Positions 50,396 to 59,247 are shown, counted from the stretch's first letter. The stretch: DNA of 64,000 bases from an uncultured virus (IMG/VR IMGVR_UViG_3300042449_001682) (IMGVR_UViG_3300042449_001682), one strand, 5' to 3'. Notes: generated by a model not told the origin, from the sequence alone. Made by a program: numbers and translations.

Positions 50396-51190
50396 TTATA
50401 AATTTTTAATTCTTATTAATGATTCGTCTAGTGTTAAAGATTTATCATATGCCTTAGTTTCTATTTCACTTAATTTATCTAAATACATAGTTCTCCTTAA
50501 TACTTTGAACGCTATATTCTCAAAAGAATACTCCCCTTCTCTATCTAATCCAGTTTGTCTCATCTTTTTGATTTTTTCTTTAAGATTGGTTATCTTCCTA
50601 ATTGTTTTGTCATATTCACCTGACTTATACATAAAAAATATTTCATCTATTGAATCTATAATACCGTTAACTTTTTGTTCTACCTTTTTTGCGTCAATAT
50701 CTTTTTTAGTTGAGTCTGGTTTAACTACCCATCCATCCCATAAAATAGAATATACCCCACTAGAAACGTGAGGTTCCTCTGTGTCTTGCATATATAACTC
50801 TACGTCATAACCTTTTATTGTTATGTCGTGTTTATCGTTCCATAAATTTTTCTTTGAGTTGAAGTATTCCTTTACTAATTCTTCGTTTTCATCTACCTCT
50901 TCAAAATCCACTAATATATGTAAATCTACATCCGAAAATTTAGACCAGTTAAAATTGGCTAAACTACCTGTTAATATAATATCGTCTATGTCTACCCAAT
51001 CAACACTAAGGGTTTCAAAAAAATCATCTGCAATCATAAGAAGTCTTCTTCTTATTTCTTCATACATGTGTTGATCTTTATCGAAAATTTTTGGGTTTAA
51101 AGTACTTCTAACTTCAAAAGAGGATAAATCTATATTTTCTTTGTTAATGATATCATTAACTTCCTGTTCTGTAATTTTTTTAATATCCAT
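50396..51190 (-). CDS. Pol-beta-superfamily nucleotidyltransferase
   Basis: IILTGSLANFNWSKFSDVDLHI (GS...DxD) plus DVELY; two late boxes at 51204-51211 and 51223-51230. Confidence 0.8.
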   Translation of the reverse strand: MDIKKITEQEVNDIINKENIDLSSFEVRSTLNPKIFDKDQHMYEEIRRRLLMIADDFFETLSVDWVDIDDIILTGSLANFNWSKFSDVDLHILVDFEEVDENEELVKEYFNSKKNLWNDKHDITIKGYDVELYMQDTEEPHVSSGVYSILWDGWVVKPDSTKKDIDAKKVEQKVNGIIDSIDEIFFMYKSGEYDKTIRKITNLKEKIKKMRQTGLDREGEYSFENIAFKVLRRTMYLDKLSEIETKAYDKSLTLDESLIRIKNL

Positions 51191-51236
51191 AAACTATTTT
51201 TAAATAAATATAATCTTTATGGATAAATATCTCTTA

Positions 51237-51724
51237 AAATAAGAAACGGGCGTAATCTTATTTATTAGTCAGTTAATAATTCTTTATCTTTATTAAGACA
51301 AAATTTTGGGTTATTAACTAATTTATCTATTCTAGAATCAGTGTATCTAAGACATTCATCATTGGTTCTACCAATTCTTTCGTTTAAAAATTCTATATCT
51401 CTACGAATAGCCTCTGTTTCTTCTTTTATTCTAATATAAACACCATCAGTTCTAACATTTATAGTGTCATGTATATCTTTTATTTCATCTGAATAGTGAT
51501 GTTCCAGATTTTCAAATCTACGATCAATATTTTGATCTAAATTGTTAATTGTAATTAATAAATCACGATTTTCTTTAATTAAATTTTTAACCTTAAGCGT
51601 AACCCATACAGTAACTGTACCCAAAAGCACAACTAATACAGAAGCCACACCTAAAGCGAATGAAATTGTTTCCATAATTTTTATTTTTTATTTTATTTGT
51701 TATTTTGAACGCCCGTTCCTATTT
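51237..51724. repeat. GC-rich inverted repeat pair bracketing one gene
   Basis: AAATAAGAAACGGGCGT (51237-51253) and ACGCCCGTTCCTATTT (51709-51724); exact 9-bp core AACGGGCGT/ACGCCCGTT. Confidence 0.7.
51265..51675 (-). CDS. Membrane-anchored coiled-coil protein
   Basis: N-terminal hydrophobic helix ISFALGVASVLVVLLGTVTVWV followed by heptads ending YTDSRIDKL. Confidence 0.75.
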   Translation of the reverse strand: METISFALGVASVLVVLLGTVTVWVTLKVKNLIKENRDLLITINNLDQNIDRRFENLEHHYSDEIKDIHDTINVRTDGVYIRIKEETEAIRRDIEFLNERIGRTNDECLRYTDSRIDKLVNNPKFCLNKDKELLTD

Positions 51725-51913
51725 ATTATTTAATATTTGTACTATTTCATATTTCCACCCACTATCAGTGTTTGTATTCAATAGTTCACATATCTTCATC
51801 GCCTCACCGAAACAATTAGTTTCGAAAACCTCACCTTGTGAGTTAAGTAGTATAACGTGTTGTAGTTTACCCTTTAACAACATTATTTTTTTAATCTGAT
51901 AATTTTTTTCCAT
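51719..51913 (-). CDS. Small hypothetical protein
   Basis: 64-aa ORF in a contiguous minus-strand run. Confidence 0.6.
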   Translation of the reverse strand: MEKNYQIKKIMLLKGKLQHVILLNSQGEVFETNCFGEAMKICELLNTNTDSGWKYEIVQILNNK

Positions 51914-51919
51914 AGTTTT

Positions 51920-52192
51920 TTATTTCGCATCTTTCCAAACCCAACCTAACAATAATTTAGTGAAAAATCTATGAACAAAATTAGGTTTTTTTTGTAAATA
52001 AATATAGTAATTATTCCCTATCTTATACGAACCAATCATTTTTATTCCTTTGATAAGTAAAAAGTCATTTTTTACCCTATTATTATTCTCACCATTTTCT
52101 ACTTTGCTTTTAGGTTTTCTATTTTTAGAATACTTTTTATAATTTCTAGTGTCACCACTAATAACTGTTTCCTTTAATATAACTTTTTCCAT
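51920..52192 (-). CDS. Hypothetical protein
   Basis: 90 aa; C-terminal KKPNFVHRFF..LLLGW.W. Confidence 0.6.
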   Translation of the reverse strand: MEKVILKETVISGDTRNYKKYSKNRKPKSKVENGENNNRVKNDFLLIKGIKMIGSYKIGNNYYIYLQKKPNFVHRFFTKLLLGWVWKDAK

Positions 52193-52200
52193 TTCTTTTT

Positions 52201-52401
52201 TTATTTTTTTAATTCATTTTTATAATCTACCCATCCTATATAAAATCCTACACCTACTACTATATTCATCCCTAAAGACATCAATATTTCATGAATATCT
52301 TGATACACTGTAGTCATAAGATGAATATGACCCACAGTCCAAAAAGGGATTGATAAATTTTGGGATACCCAGAGTAATGTATATTTTATAAACGACATCA
52401 T
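52201..52401 (-). CDS. Small membrane protein
   Basis: Probable start at 52401; two hydrophobic segments. Confidence 0.55.
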   Translation of the reverse strand: MMSFIKYTLLWVSQNLSIPFWTVGHIHLMTTVYQDIHEILMSLGMNIVVGVGFYIGWVDYKNELKK

Positions 52402-52730
52402 TCTATTTTCTTTTCTACATATGTACACATTTCACCCGCATCGAAACCTTTTTCTAATAATAAAGGTAATGATGCTGGTTTACACCATGCGTACGCTAAC
52501 CACCCACTATATTTATCTGCCACATAATTCCATCTAGCCTCCCATAACATTCTAAAAATACCTTTACGTCTATGATCCTCATGTACCCAAGCGTCTAAGA
52601 ATTTTATTTTTAACCCATCTTCTCTTTCCATATAAATGTGACCGACAATCTCACCATTAATCATTGCAATCCATGTCTCTAATTTTTGTGCATTACTCTT
52701 TAAGTGTACTATCTTTGCCTCTCCTACCAT
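52398..52730 (-). CDS. GNAT-family N-acetyltransferase
   Basis: WVHEDHRRKGIF acetyl-CoA motif; SLPLLLEKGF. Confidence 0.85.
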   Translation of the reverse strand: MVGEAKIVHLKSNAQKLETWIAMINGEIVGHIYMEREDGLKIKFLDAWVHEDHRRKGIFRMLWEARWNYVADKYSGWLAYAWCKPASLPLLLEKGFDAGEMCTYVEKKIE

Positions 52731-52741
52731 ACAATTTTAAT

Positions 52742-52999
52742 TTATTTATTTTTTATAATCCATTCAACAACTTCTTTTCTAGTTAAACCAACTAACTTAT
52801 CTTTATATTCTTCGTGAAATTTATCATTAAGATATAAAGGCATTTCGTGGTGTCTCCAAGTACACCCATCTATGTCTGGTTCACAAAAATATACTCTACA
52901 ATAACCTTCTGTTGGCGGTGTAAGTTTTTCAAAGTCCCTGCCCGTTTTAAAAAAATGTTTAATTCTAACAATCCAGAATTTTATTATTAATCTAATCAC
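52742..52999 (-). CDS. Hypothetical protein
   Basis: Probable GTG start just after the thyA stop. Confidence 0.5.
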   Translation of the reverse strand: MIRLIIKFWIVRIKHFFKTGRDFEKLTPPTEGYCRVYFCEPDIDGCTWRHHEMPLYLNDKFHEEYKDKLVGLTRKEVVEWIIKNK

Positions 53000-53003
53000 A
53001 ATC

Positions 53004-54053
53004 TTAATTTGATAAAGGGGCTTTAATCGTTGGGTGTGATTGATAATTTTCAACAACAAAATCCGTATTTTTTAAATGAAAAAATAAAGACGTATCTTCA
53101 GATAGTGATTTATAAAATTCATCTGTTTTCATATGAACCAATTTCGGTAGTTGGAGCGGTTCTCTTCTCAGTTGTTCAGTAGATTGTGATAGATGATTCT
53201 CATATAAATGAACATCACCTAAATTACCCACTAACTCATCAGGTACCATATTTACTATACTACCTAAAATGTGTAATAGTAAACCATAACTGGCGATATT
53301 GAAAGGTAACCCTAAAAATAAATCTGCGGATCTTTGATTCCACATTAAAGAGATTGATCTGGTTGGTGTTGGTACATAATACGGATCATCAAAATTAGGC
53401 ATTATTTCTTCACAATATTCCATACCACCCTCATAATTATTTGTAAACCAAATATGATATCTTTCTTTATATGATAATTCCTTTGTATACACTTGAAATC
53501 CATAATGACAAGGTGGGAGAACCATTGAATCTAATTCCCCAACATTCCAAGCATTAACCATTAATCGTCTAGAGTCAGGATTTGTTTTAAGGTCGTTGAT
53601 TAGATTTTTGATTTGGTCTGTGTTGGAATTTAATCCTTCCCAACTTCTCCATTGCTTACCGTAAATTGGACCTAAATCACCCCAATGTTTTGCAAACTTT
53701 TCATCGTTCTTTATTTTATCAATAAAATCAGTCATTGATAAAATCTTATCAGGCTCGTTACCAATCATTAACAATTGATAGTTCTTATAAGCATCACCAT
53801 CCCAAATATGACACCCATTATCTACAAGAAACTTAATATTAGTATCACCACGTAGGAACCATAATAGTTCTGTTGTAATTGTTTTGAATGGCATTTTCTT
53901 CGTTGTTAGTAAAGGGAAACCTTCTATCATCTTATGACGAATTTGTTTACCGAATAAAGATCTAGTACCTGTACCAGTTCTATCACTTTTTTTCACACCT
54001 TTTTCTAAAACCTCAAAGAGTAAATCTTTATATTGTTTATCTAAACTATTCAT
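53004..54053 (-). CDS. thyA: Thymidylate synthase
   Basis: DRTGTGT, FPLLTTKK, ELLWFLRG, GPIYG.QWR, SRRL, LPPCH, QRSAD.FLGLPFNIASY, HLYENH. Confidence 0.98.
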   Translation of the reverse strand: MNSLDKQYKDLLFEVLEKGVKKSDRTGTGTRSLFGKQIRHKMIEGFPLLTTKKMPFKTITTELLWFLRGDTNIKFLVDNGCHIWDGDAYKNYQLLMIGNEPDKILSMTDFIDKIKNDEKFAKHWGDLGPIYGKQWRSWEGLNSNTDQIKNLINDLKTNPDSRRLMVNAWNVGELDSMVLPPCHYGFQVYTKELSYKERYHIWFTNNYEGGMEYCEEIMPNFDDPYYVPTPTRSISLMWNQRSADLFLGLPFNIASYGLLLHILGSIVNMVPDELVGNLGDVHLYENHLSQSTEQLRREPLQLPKLVHMKTDEFYKSLSEDTSLFFHLKNTDFVVENYQSHPTIKAPLSN

Positions 54054-54054
54054 T

Positions 54055-54351
54055 TTAAAGATTTTTCTTTATCTCATTAATTTGTTCTAATAATGGTGTA
54101 ACATCTAATGTATCTTTAGATTGTGTATATGGGTATTTTTTAAGGATACTATGTAGAGTCTTACCCTGACTTTCAGATGATTCGAATTTCTTATAATCTT
54201 CATATTTGACACCTTCATAAACATATTGTCTACCAGAACCAAAAATTATTGCCAACTTTTTATCTGTCATAATATATTTTGAACCCAAAATATTTGATGA
54301 ATCGTATAGACATTCTATTGATCCATTTTCTTCGTACTTATTTAAAACCAT
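54055..54351 (-). CDS. KTSC-domain protein
   Basis: DSSNI....Y......L.I.F.SG..Y.Y.GV....Y..F....S.GK. Confidence 0.85.
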   Translation of the reverse strand: MVLNKYEENGSIECLYDSSNILGSKYIMTDKKLAIIFGSGRQYVYEGVKYEDYKKFESSESQGKTLHSILKKYPYTQSKDTLDVTPLLEQINEIKKNL

Positions 54352-54354
54352 ATT

Positions 54355-54579
54355 TTAATCTTTATATATTTTATATGAATGGATGTCTTCCATTTGATAA
54401 ATCCTTCCGTCTATTGTAGATGGTTCATCGATAGAAACTTCTTTTTCTTCAGTAATGATTACATAATTTCCTGTTATTATCATTGCCGAATCTAAATATT
54501 CTATCCTATCTGATGGTTTACCCTCTATATCTTTTAAAAGTAAAACTATCTTCCTAAATTTTGGTGCACTAGGTATCAT
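54355..54579 (-). CDS. Hypothetical protein (possibly on a leaderless mRNA)
   Basis: 74 aa; ATG lies 6 nt downstream of the -10 hexamer. Confidence 0.6.
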   Translation of the reverse strand: MIPSAPKFRKIVLLLKDIEGKPSDRIEYLDSAMIITGNYVIITEEKEVSIDEPSTIDGRIYQMEDIHSYKIYKD

Positions 54580-54585
54580 TTTATA

Positions 54586-54614
54586 AGTATAATTAAATAA
54601 TGTTATTTTGTCAA
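54586..54614 (-). promoter_or_regulatory. sigma70-like promoter for the KTSC-thyA-GNAT run
   Basis: Minus strand TTGACA-N17-TATACT. Confidence 0.75.
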
Positions 54615-54680
54615 ATCTAAATATAGATAAAACCTAAGATAAGTAAAGATAAAAAGTATTTCTTAAAGTGTGACACTTTG

Positions 54681-55604
54681 TCACGGGTTGTTAATATGTT
54701 TACCTTTAATTTTATAGTAATTGGCATCAATACCCTTATCCTCTAAAAGATTTTTAGGTATATATTCATCTCCAGTCTCTATAAAGTGATTTAACCGTTT
54801 AGTCCCAAACTCAACGTTGAATGGTACCAAATCTACGCCAATAAACTTTCTATTGTTTTTAAGTGCCGCAATACCTGTGGTAGATGATCCTGCAAATGGA
54901 TCCATAATTACGTCACCTTCGTCACTACCAATTCTTACAAACCAATCAACTAACTCCACAGAAAATGGTGCAGGGTGTAGAACACTAGGGTTTGTTTCTG
55001 AAGCCGCAATTACTACATTATGTGGTAATGAACCTTTTTCGTTTAATTCCCTCATTTGTGAGTCATACACACCATCCCTCGATCCGATAGTTGTCACTGG
55101 TTTAAGAAATCTTTTTTTAGTAACTTCTGAATGTTCAGTTCTACAATTATCTGCCCTAAATTTAGGTTTATTAGAGTTGGAGAAATGGAAAACATACTCA
55201 TATCTATCAATCGCCCTATATTTACAGTTTGTTGGGATTGCGTTCTTTTTAAACCATATATATGGTTTCGCAACCAAATACCAACCCTGTTTACGCATTT
55301 TATATTTTAACTCATCTAAAACTGGGTGAATCACCCCATCGTCTATTTTATCGTTGATATTTAAGAAAAAACTACCATTAGGTTTTAAAACTTTAAGAAA
55401 TAAATCAGTAAATTCTAAAAACCAATCCGCATAATCGTCAACGTGTATCGAACCAACCTCACCATCATTATTACCGCTATAGTTCTTTCTCATAGAATAA
55501 TATGGGGGTGATGTAAAAATCATATCAACCTTTTCATTCGACTCAATCATTTCTTTTAACACATTTTTAGTGTCACCCAAAATAACTTCATATTGACTTT
55601 TCAT
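54681..55604 (-). CDS. Orphan DNA methyltransferase, beta class (N4-C/N6-A)
   Basis: FTSPPY catalytic motif precedes HPAPF and MDPFAGSSTT; no adjacent endonuclease. Confidence 0.92.
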   Translation of the reverse strand: MKSQYEVILGDTKNVLKEMIESNEKVDMIFTSPPYYSMRKNYSGNNDGEVGSIHVDDYADWFLEFTDLFLKVLKPNGSFFLNINDKIDDGVIHPVLDELKYKMRKQGWYLVAKPYIWFKKNAIPTNCKYRAIDRYEYVFHFSNSNKPKFRADNCRTEHSEVTKKRFLKPVTTIGSRDGVYDSQMRELNEKGSLPHNVVIAASETNPSVLHPAPFSVELVDWFVRIGSDEGDVIMDPFAGSSTTGIAALKNNRKFIGVDLVPFNVEFGTKRLNHFIETGDEYIPKNLLEDKGIDANYYKIKGKHINNP

Positions 55605-55627
55605 ATTTTATTTATTAAATTTGAATA

Positions 55628-55659
55628 CAAAGATAAGGATATTTATAATAAAAAACAAA
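55628..55659 (-). promoter_or_regulatory. Bacteroidota-type promoter for the methyltransferase, with a late box for clpC nested inside on the opposite strand
   Basis: Minus strand TTTG-N20-TATCTTTG; plus strand ATATTTAT at 55639-55646. Confidence 0.7.
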
Positions 55660-55665
55660 TCGTAT

Positions 55666-58131
55666 ATGAAAAAGATTTTGCCTAAGGTGAAGAAAATCAT
55701 AAATATGTCCATCAAACAGGCTAAATTTTATGGGGACAATGAAGTAAAGATTGAACATATAATCATCTCATTGATAAATGATTATAATAATAATGCGGTT
55801 AAGGCGTTAATAAGTATGGGTGTTGATGTAGATAAACTACATAAGAGTATTGAGAAGAAATTACATAAGGATAGGGACGATTTTAACACTATGTTGGTAA
55901 ATAAAAAAGAGTTCCCTTTGGAAATTGTAACTGAAAATATTTTGAAGGGTGCAGAAAAAGAATGTGATTTGATGAATAATGAATATTTGGATACGGAACA
56001 TATTTTGTTGGCAACATTAAAAGTAAAAAATGACATAAGTAGTATATTAAAAGGGATGAAAATAAATTATAACAGTTACAAAACTTCTATCGAAAACTCT
56101 ATTGAGCCAGTAAGTGGAGATGGTGAAGACAATTTCAGTAAAATACCCAAACCAAAAGGTAGTACTAAATCCAACGACACCCCTATTTTAAATAATTTTT
56201 CTGTGGATGTAACTAAAAGGGCGTCTGAAGGTAAAATTGATCCTGTAATTGGTAGGGATGAGTCCATACAAAGAGTTGCACAGATTTTGGCTAGGAAGAA
56301 AAAAAATAATCCAGTCTTAATTGGTGACCCTGGTGTTGGTAAAACTACAATTATTGAGGGTTTAGCGTTAAAAATTGCACAGGGTGATGCACCTAGAACT
56401 TTATTAGATAAGAGAGTTGTGTCATTAGATTTAACGTCTTTAGTTGCAGGTACTAAGTATAGAGGTCAGTTTGAGGAAAGAATAAAAGGTGTGGTGGATG
56501 AATTAATGGAAGTCGATAATGTAATCTTATTTATTGACGAATTACATACTATGGTAGGTGCGGGTAACTCATCAGGTTCTATGGACGCTGCGAATGTATT
56601 AAAACCTGCGTTGGCTAGGGGTGATATACAGTTGATTGGTGCAACTACTTTAGATGAATATAGAGAACATATCGAAAAAGATGGTGCATTAGCGAGAAGA
56701 TTCCAACAAGTTCTAATTGAACCACCTACAATAGAGGAAACAATTCAAATATTAGATAAAATTAAATCTTCATATGAAACTTACCATAAAGTAACTTACC
56801 CATTAGTAACTATTGAACATTGTGTTAAAATGGCTGACAGATATATTACAGATAGGGAATTTCCTGATAAGGCAATTGATATTATGGATGAAATAGGTTC
56901 AAAAAGTCAACTATCTATCAAACCACCATCATCTATAAGTAAATTGGAGGAGAAGATTGTTGAAATTAAGAACAGAAAAAGTGAGGTTGTTAAGAAACAA
57001 AAATACGAAGAGGCTGCAAAGTTAAGAGATGAGGAAAGGGAGGTTAATGAAAAATTAGTTTTAGAAAAAGAAAAATGGTTAACAAATTTGAATAACGAAA
57101 GAACTGTTGTAACCATTGAGGATGTTAATGAAGTGGTGTCCTCAATGACTGGAATACCATTAAAAAGAATTAGTGGGGATCAAGGTAAAAGGATGTTAGA
57201 GATTGAAGGTGAGTTAAAAAAATCAATTATAGGTCAAGAAATTGCGTTGGAAAAGATTGCCAAATCTATTAGAAGAAATAGAGTTGGTATTCGAAACCCT
57301 AAAAAACCAATTGGTACTTTTATGTTTTTAGGTCCTACAGGTGTGGGTAAAACTCATATTGCGAAAAGATTGGCAGAATACCTTTTTGGTGATGAGGACT
57401 CATTAATTAGATTAGATATGTCTGAATTTCAAGAGAAACACTCAATATCTAGACTTATTGGATCTCCTCCAGGATATGTTGGTCATGGTGATGGTGGACA
57501 ACTAACTGAAAAAGTGAGAAGAAGACCATATTCAATAGTACTATTTGATGAAATAGAGAAAGCAAATAAAGAAATCTATAATACACTATTACAATTATTG
57601 GATGACGGTCAACTTACTGATAGTTCTGGTAGAAAAGTTAACTTTAAAAATTGTATGGTTATTATGACATCTAATGTAGGTGTTAAAAAATTACAAGATT
57701 TTGGTACAGGTGTCGGATTTGGTACTAAGTCAAAATTAGAGAGAGAAGACTCTATTAAAGAAAGTCTATTAACTGATGAATTAAAAAAACAATTCCCACC
57801 AGAATTCCTTAATAGGTTAGATGATGTAATCATATTTAAATCTTTAACTAAAGAAGAAATTGGGAAAATTGTTGATTTGGAATTAGTAAAACTTAAGAAG
57901 AGAGTTGGTGAAATAGGTTATAACTTAATTATCAACAAAACGGTTAGGGATTATTTAATTGATGATGGGTATAGTGAAGATTATGGGGCTAGACCTCTAA
58001 ATAGGGCAATACAAAAACATATCGAAGATCCTATATCTGAAGAAATTTTAAGTGGTAATGTAAAGGATAATGGTACCATAAAAATAAGTTATTCTAAGGC
58101 AAAAGATGAAATTATCATAAAAAGTGAATAA
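55666..58131 (+). CDS. clpC: ClpC-type AAA+ unfoldase
   Basis: Two Clp-N repeats (EHII, TEHILLA), GDPGVGKT, FIDELH, UVR-like M domain (QKYEEAAKLRDEE), GPTGVGKT, GVGFG ClpP-docking loop, GARPL. Probable start ATG 55666. Confidence 0.93.
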   Translation: MKKILPKVKKIINMSIKQAKFYGDNEVKIEHIIISLINDYNNNAVKALISMGVDVDKLHKSIEKKLHKDRDDFNTMLVNKKEFPLEIVTENILKGAEKECDLMNNEYLDTEHILLATLKVKNDISSILKGMKINYNSYKTSIENSIEPVSGDGEDNFSKIPKPKGSTKSNDTPILNNFSVDVTKRASEGKIDPVIGRDESIQRVAQILARKKKNNPVLIGDPGVGKTTIIEGLALKIAQGDAPRTLLDKRVVSLDLTSLVAGTKYRGQFEERIKGVVDELMEVDNVILFIDELHTMVGAGNSSGSMDAANVLKPALARGDIQLIGATTLDEYREHIEKDGALARRFQQVLIEPPTIEETIQILDKIKSSYETYHKVTYPLVTIEHCVKMADRYITDREFPDKAIDIMDEIGSKSQLSIKPPSSISKLEEKIVEIKNRKSEVVKKQKYEEAAKLRDEEREVNEKLVLEKEKWLTNLNNERTVVTIEDVNEVVSSMTGIPLKRISGDQGKRMLEIEGELKKSIIGQEIALEKIAKSIRRNRVGIRNPKKPIGTFMFLGPTGVGKTHIAKRLAEYLFGDEDSLIRLDMSEFQEKHSISRLIGSPPGYVGHGDGGQLTEKVRRRPYSIVLFDEIEKANKEIYNTLLQLLDDGQLTDSSGRKVNFKNCMVIMTSNVGVKKLQDFGTGVGFGTKSKLEREDSIKESLLTDELKKQFPPEFLNRLDDVIIFKSLTKEEIGKIVDLELVKLKKRVGEIGYNLIINKTVRDYLIDDGYSEDYGARPLNRAIQKHIEDPISEEILSGNVKDNGTIKISYSKAKDEIIIKSE

Positions 58132-58135
58132 AATA

Positions 58136-58167
58136 TTTGGCAGATTAAATAATTCTTATTACATTTG
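58136..58167 (+). promoter_or_regulatory. Bacteroidota-type -33/-7 promoter
   Basis: TTTG-N20-TACATTTG. Confidence 0.75.
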
Positions 58168-58188
58168 TTCTTATAAAACTATAACGAT

Positions 58189-58689
58189 ATGAAAAATTTA
58201 GTGATTTTATTCAGTCTTCTTTTGGGTGTAGAGGCTTATTCCCAAAAAGATATGGTTTCTTATTCCATTGAAAATAATAAGAAAGTAGTTTCTCAGATGA
58301 ATATTGATTCTTTGGAAACTGTTTTGGTTGGTATGATAAACTCTTTTAGAGTGAGTAACGGATTAAGTATTCTCACTAAAGATGTATCATTATCAACCTA
58401 CGCAGATGAGTGGTCAGTGAATATGTTGAATAAAAATAAAATCTACCACTCCGACATTCAAAGTAATAGTATTGTCGCAGAAAACGTATATTTCAGTAAA
58501 TCATTTGGTGTTTTCCCTATGACTAAGGAATATGTGTCTGAAGTAACTAATAGAATTTACAATAGTTGGTTGACTTCTGAAAAACATAAGAAAAATATGT
58601 TAACTGAAGATATTAATAAAATCGGAGTATCTATTGTACTATTACCTAACGGTATGGTAGATGAATCCTCAACAATGGTGGTTAATTAA
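58189..58689 (+). CDS. Secreted CAP/SCP-domain protein
   Basis: Signal peptide MKNLVILFSLLLGVEAYS-Q; INSFR..NGL, YHS, AENV, WLTSEKH.KNML, IGVSI. Confidence 0.88.
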   Translation: MKNLVILFSLLLGVEAYSQKDMVSYSIENNKKVVSQMNIDSLETVLVGMINSFRVSNGLSILTKDVSLSTYADEWSVNMLNKNKIYHSDIQSNSIVAENVYFSKSFGVFPMTKEYVSEVTNRIYNSWLTSEKHKKNMLTEDINKIGVSIVLLPNGMVDESSTMVVN

Positions 58690-58700
58690 CCACCATTGTT
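58671..58700. terminator. Perfect 30-bp palindrome over the CAP stop codon (likely terminator)
   Basis: AACAATGGTGGTTAA|TTAACCACCATTGTT between convergent genes. Confidence 0.7.
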
Positions 58701-58703
58701 TTA

Positions 58704-59228
58704 TTAGAATTGTGTATTATAAAGACATTTAGTAATCTGTACTAAATTCGCAATATCTGTAGTAAAATCATATTTACTTACCCATTCATCTACAGATTCA
58801 CCTGTTTGTGGTGTAAAATCGTCTTTAATATGTTTTCTTTTTGATTTACTATCATTAGACTTAAGATCCTTAATCACTTCGTCTATATGTCTTCTACAAA
58901 AATTAACTGTTTTTTCTACTGCCTTTTCTCTTAAAGTGACATCAGTTATTTTTGATAGGATACCAGCGTTAATTTCATCATTCTTTAACCCTTCACATCC
59001 AGTAACTGAAAATGTTACACCAGTTTTCATTTTCTTTAATAAAGTATTATCTGAAGAAGCGTTAGTACCTGCATTACCTGCATCCGTACTGTCGGATCTT
59101 AACCATTCAGGATATGTCTTAAAACAAAACTTAAATGATATTTTTTCTTCTTTTAAAAGATATTTTTTAATTGATGCGATATCACTTTCTGTAAGTGTAA
59201 CTACAACATTATTTTTTTTAATTTTCAT
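58704..59228 (-). CDS. Hypothetical protein with VTLTESDI tag
   Basis: Probable start ATG 59228 (MKIKKNNVVVTLTESDIASIKKYLLKEE); four Cys. Confidence 0.65.
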   Translation of the reverse strand: MKIKKNNVVVTLTESDIASIKKYLLKEEKISFKFCFKTYPEWLRSDSTDAGNAGTNASSDNTLLKKMKTGVTFSVTGCEGLKNDEINAGILSKITDVTLREKAVEKTVNFCRRHIDEVIKDLKSNDSKSKRKHIKDDFTPQTGESVDEWVSKYDFTTDIANLVQITKCLYNTQF

Positions 59229-59247
59229 AATATATATTTTTAAATTA

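Noticed and set aside
41712..54053. Introns or inteins in terminase or thyA
   Set aside because: Both ORFs are continuous with only short insertions; no intein C...HN termini or homing-endonuclease motifs seen.
54681..55604. Restriction-modification system
   Set aside because: No endonuclease gene nearby; treated as an orphan methyltransferase.
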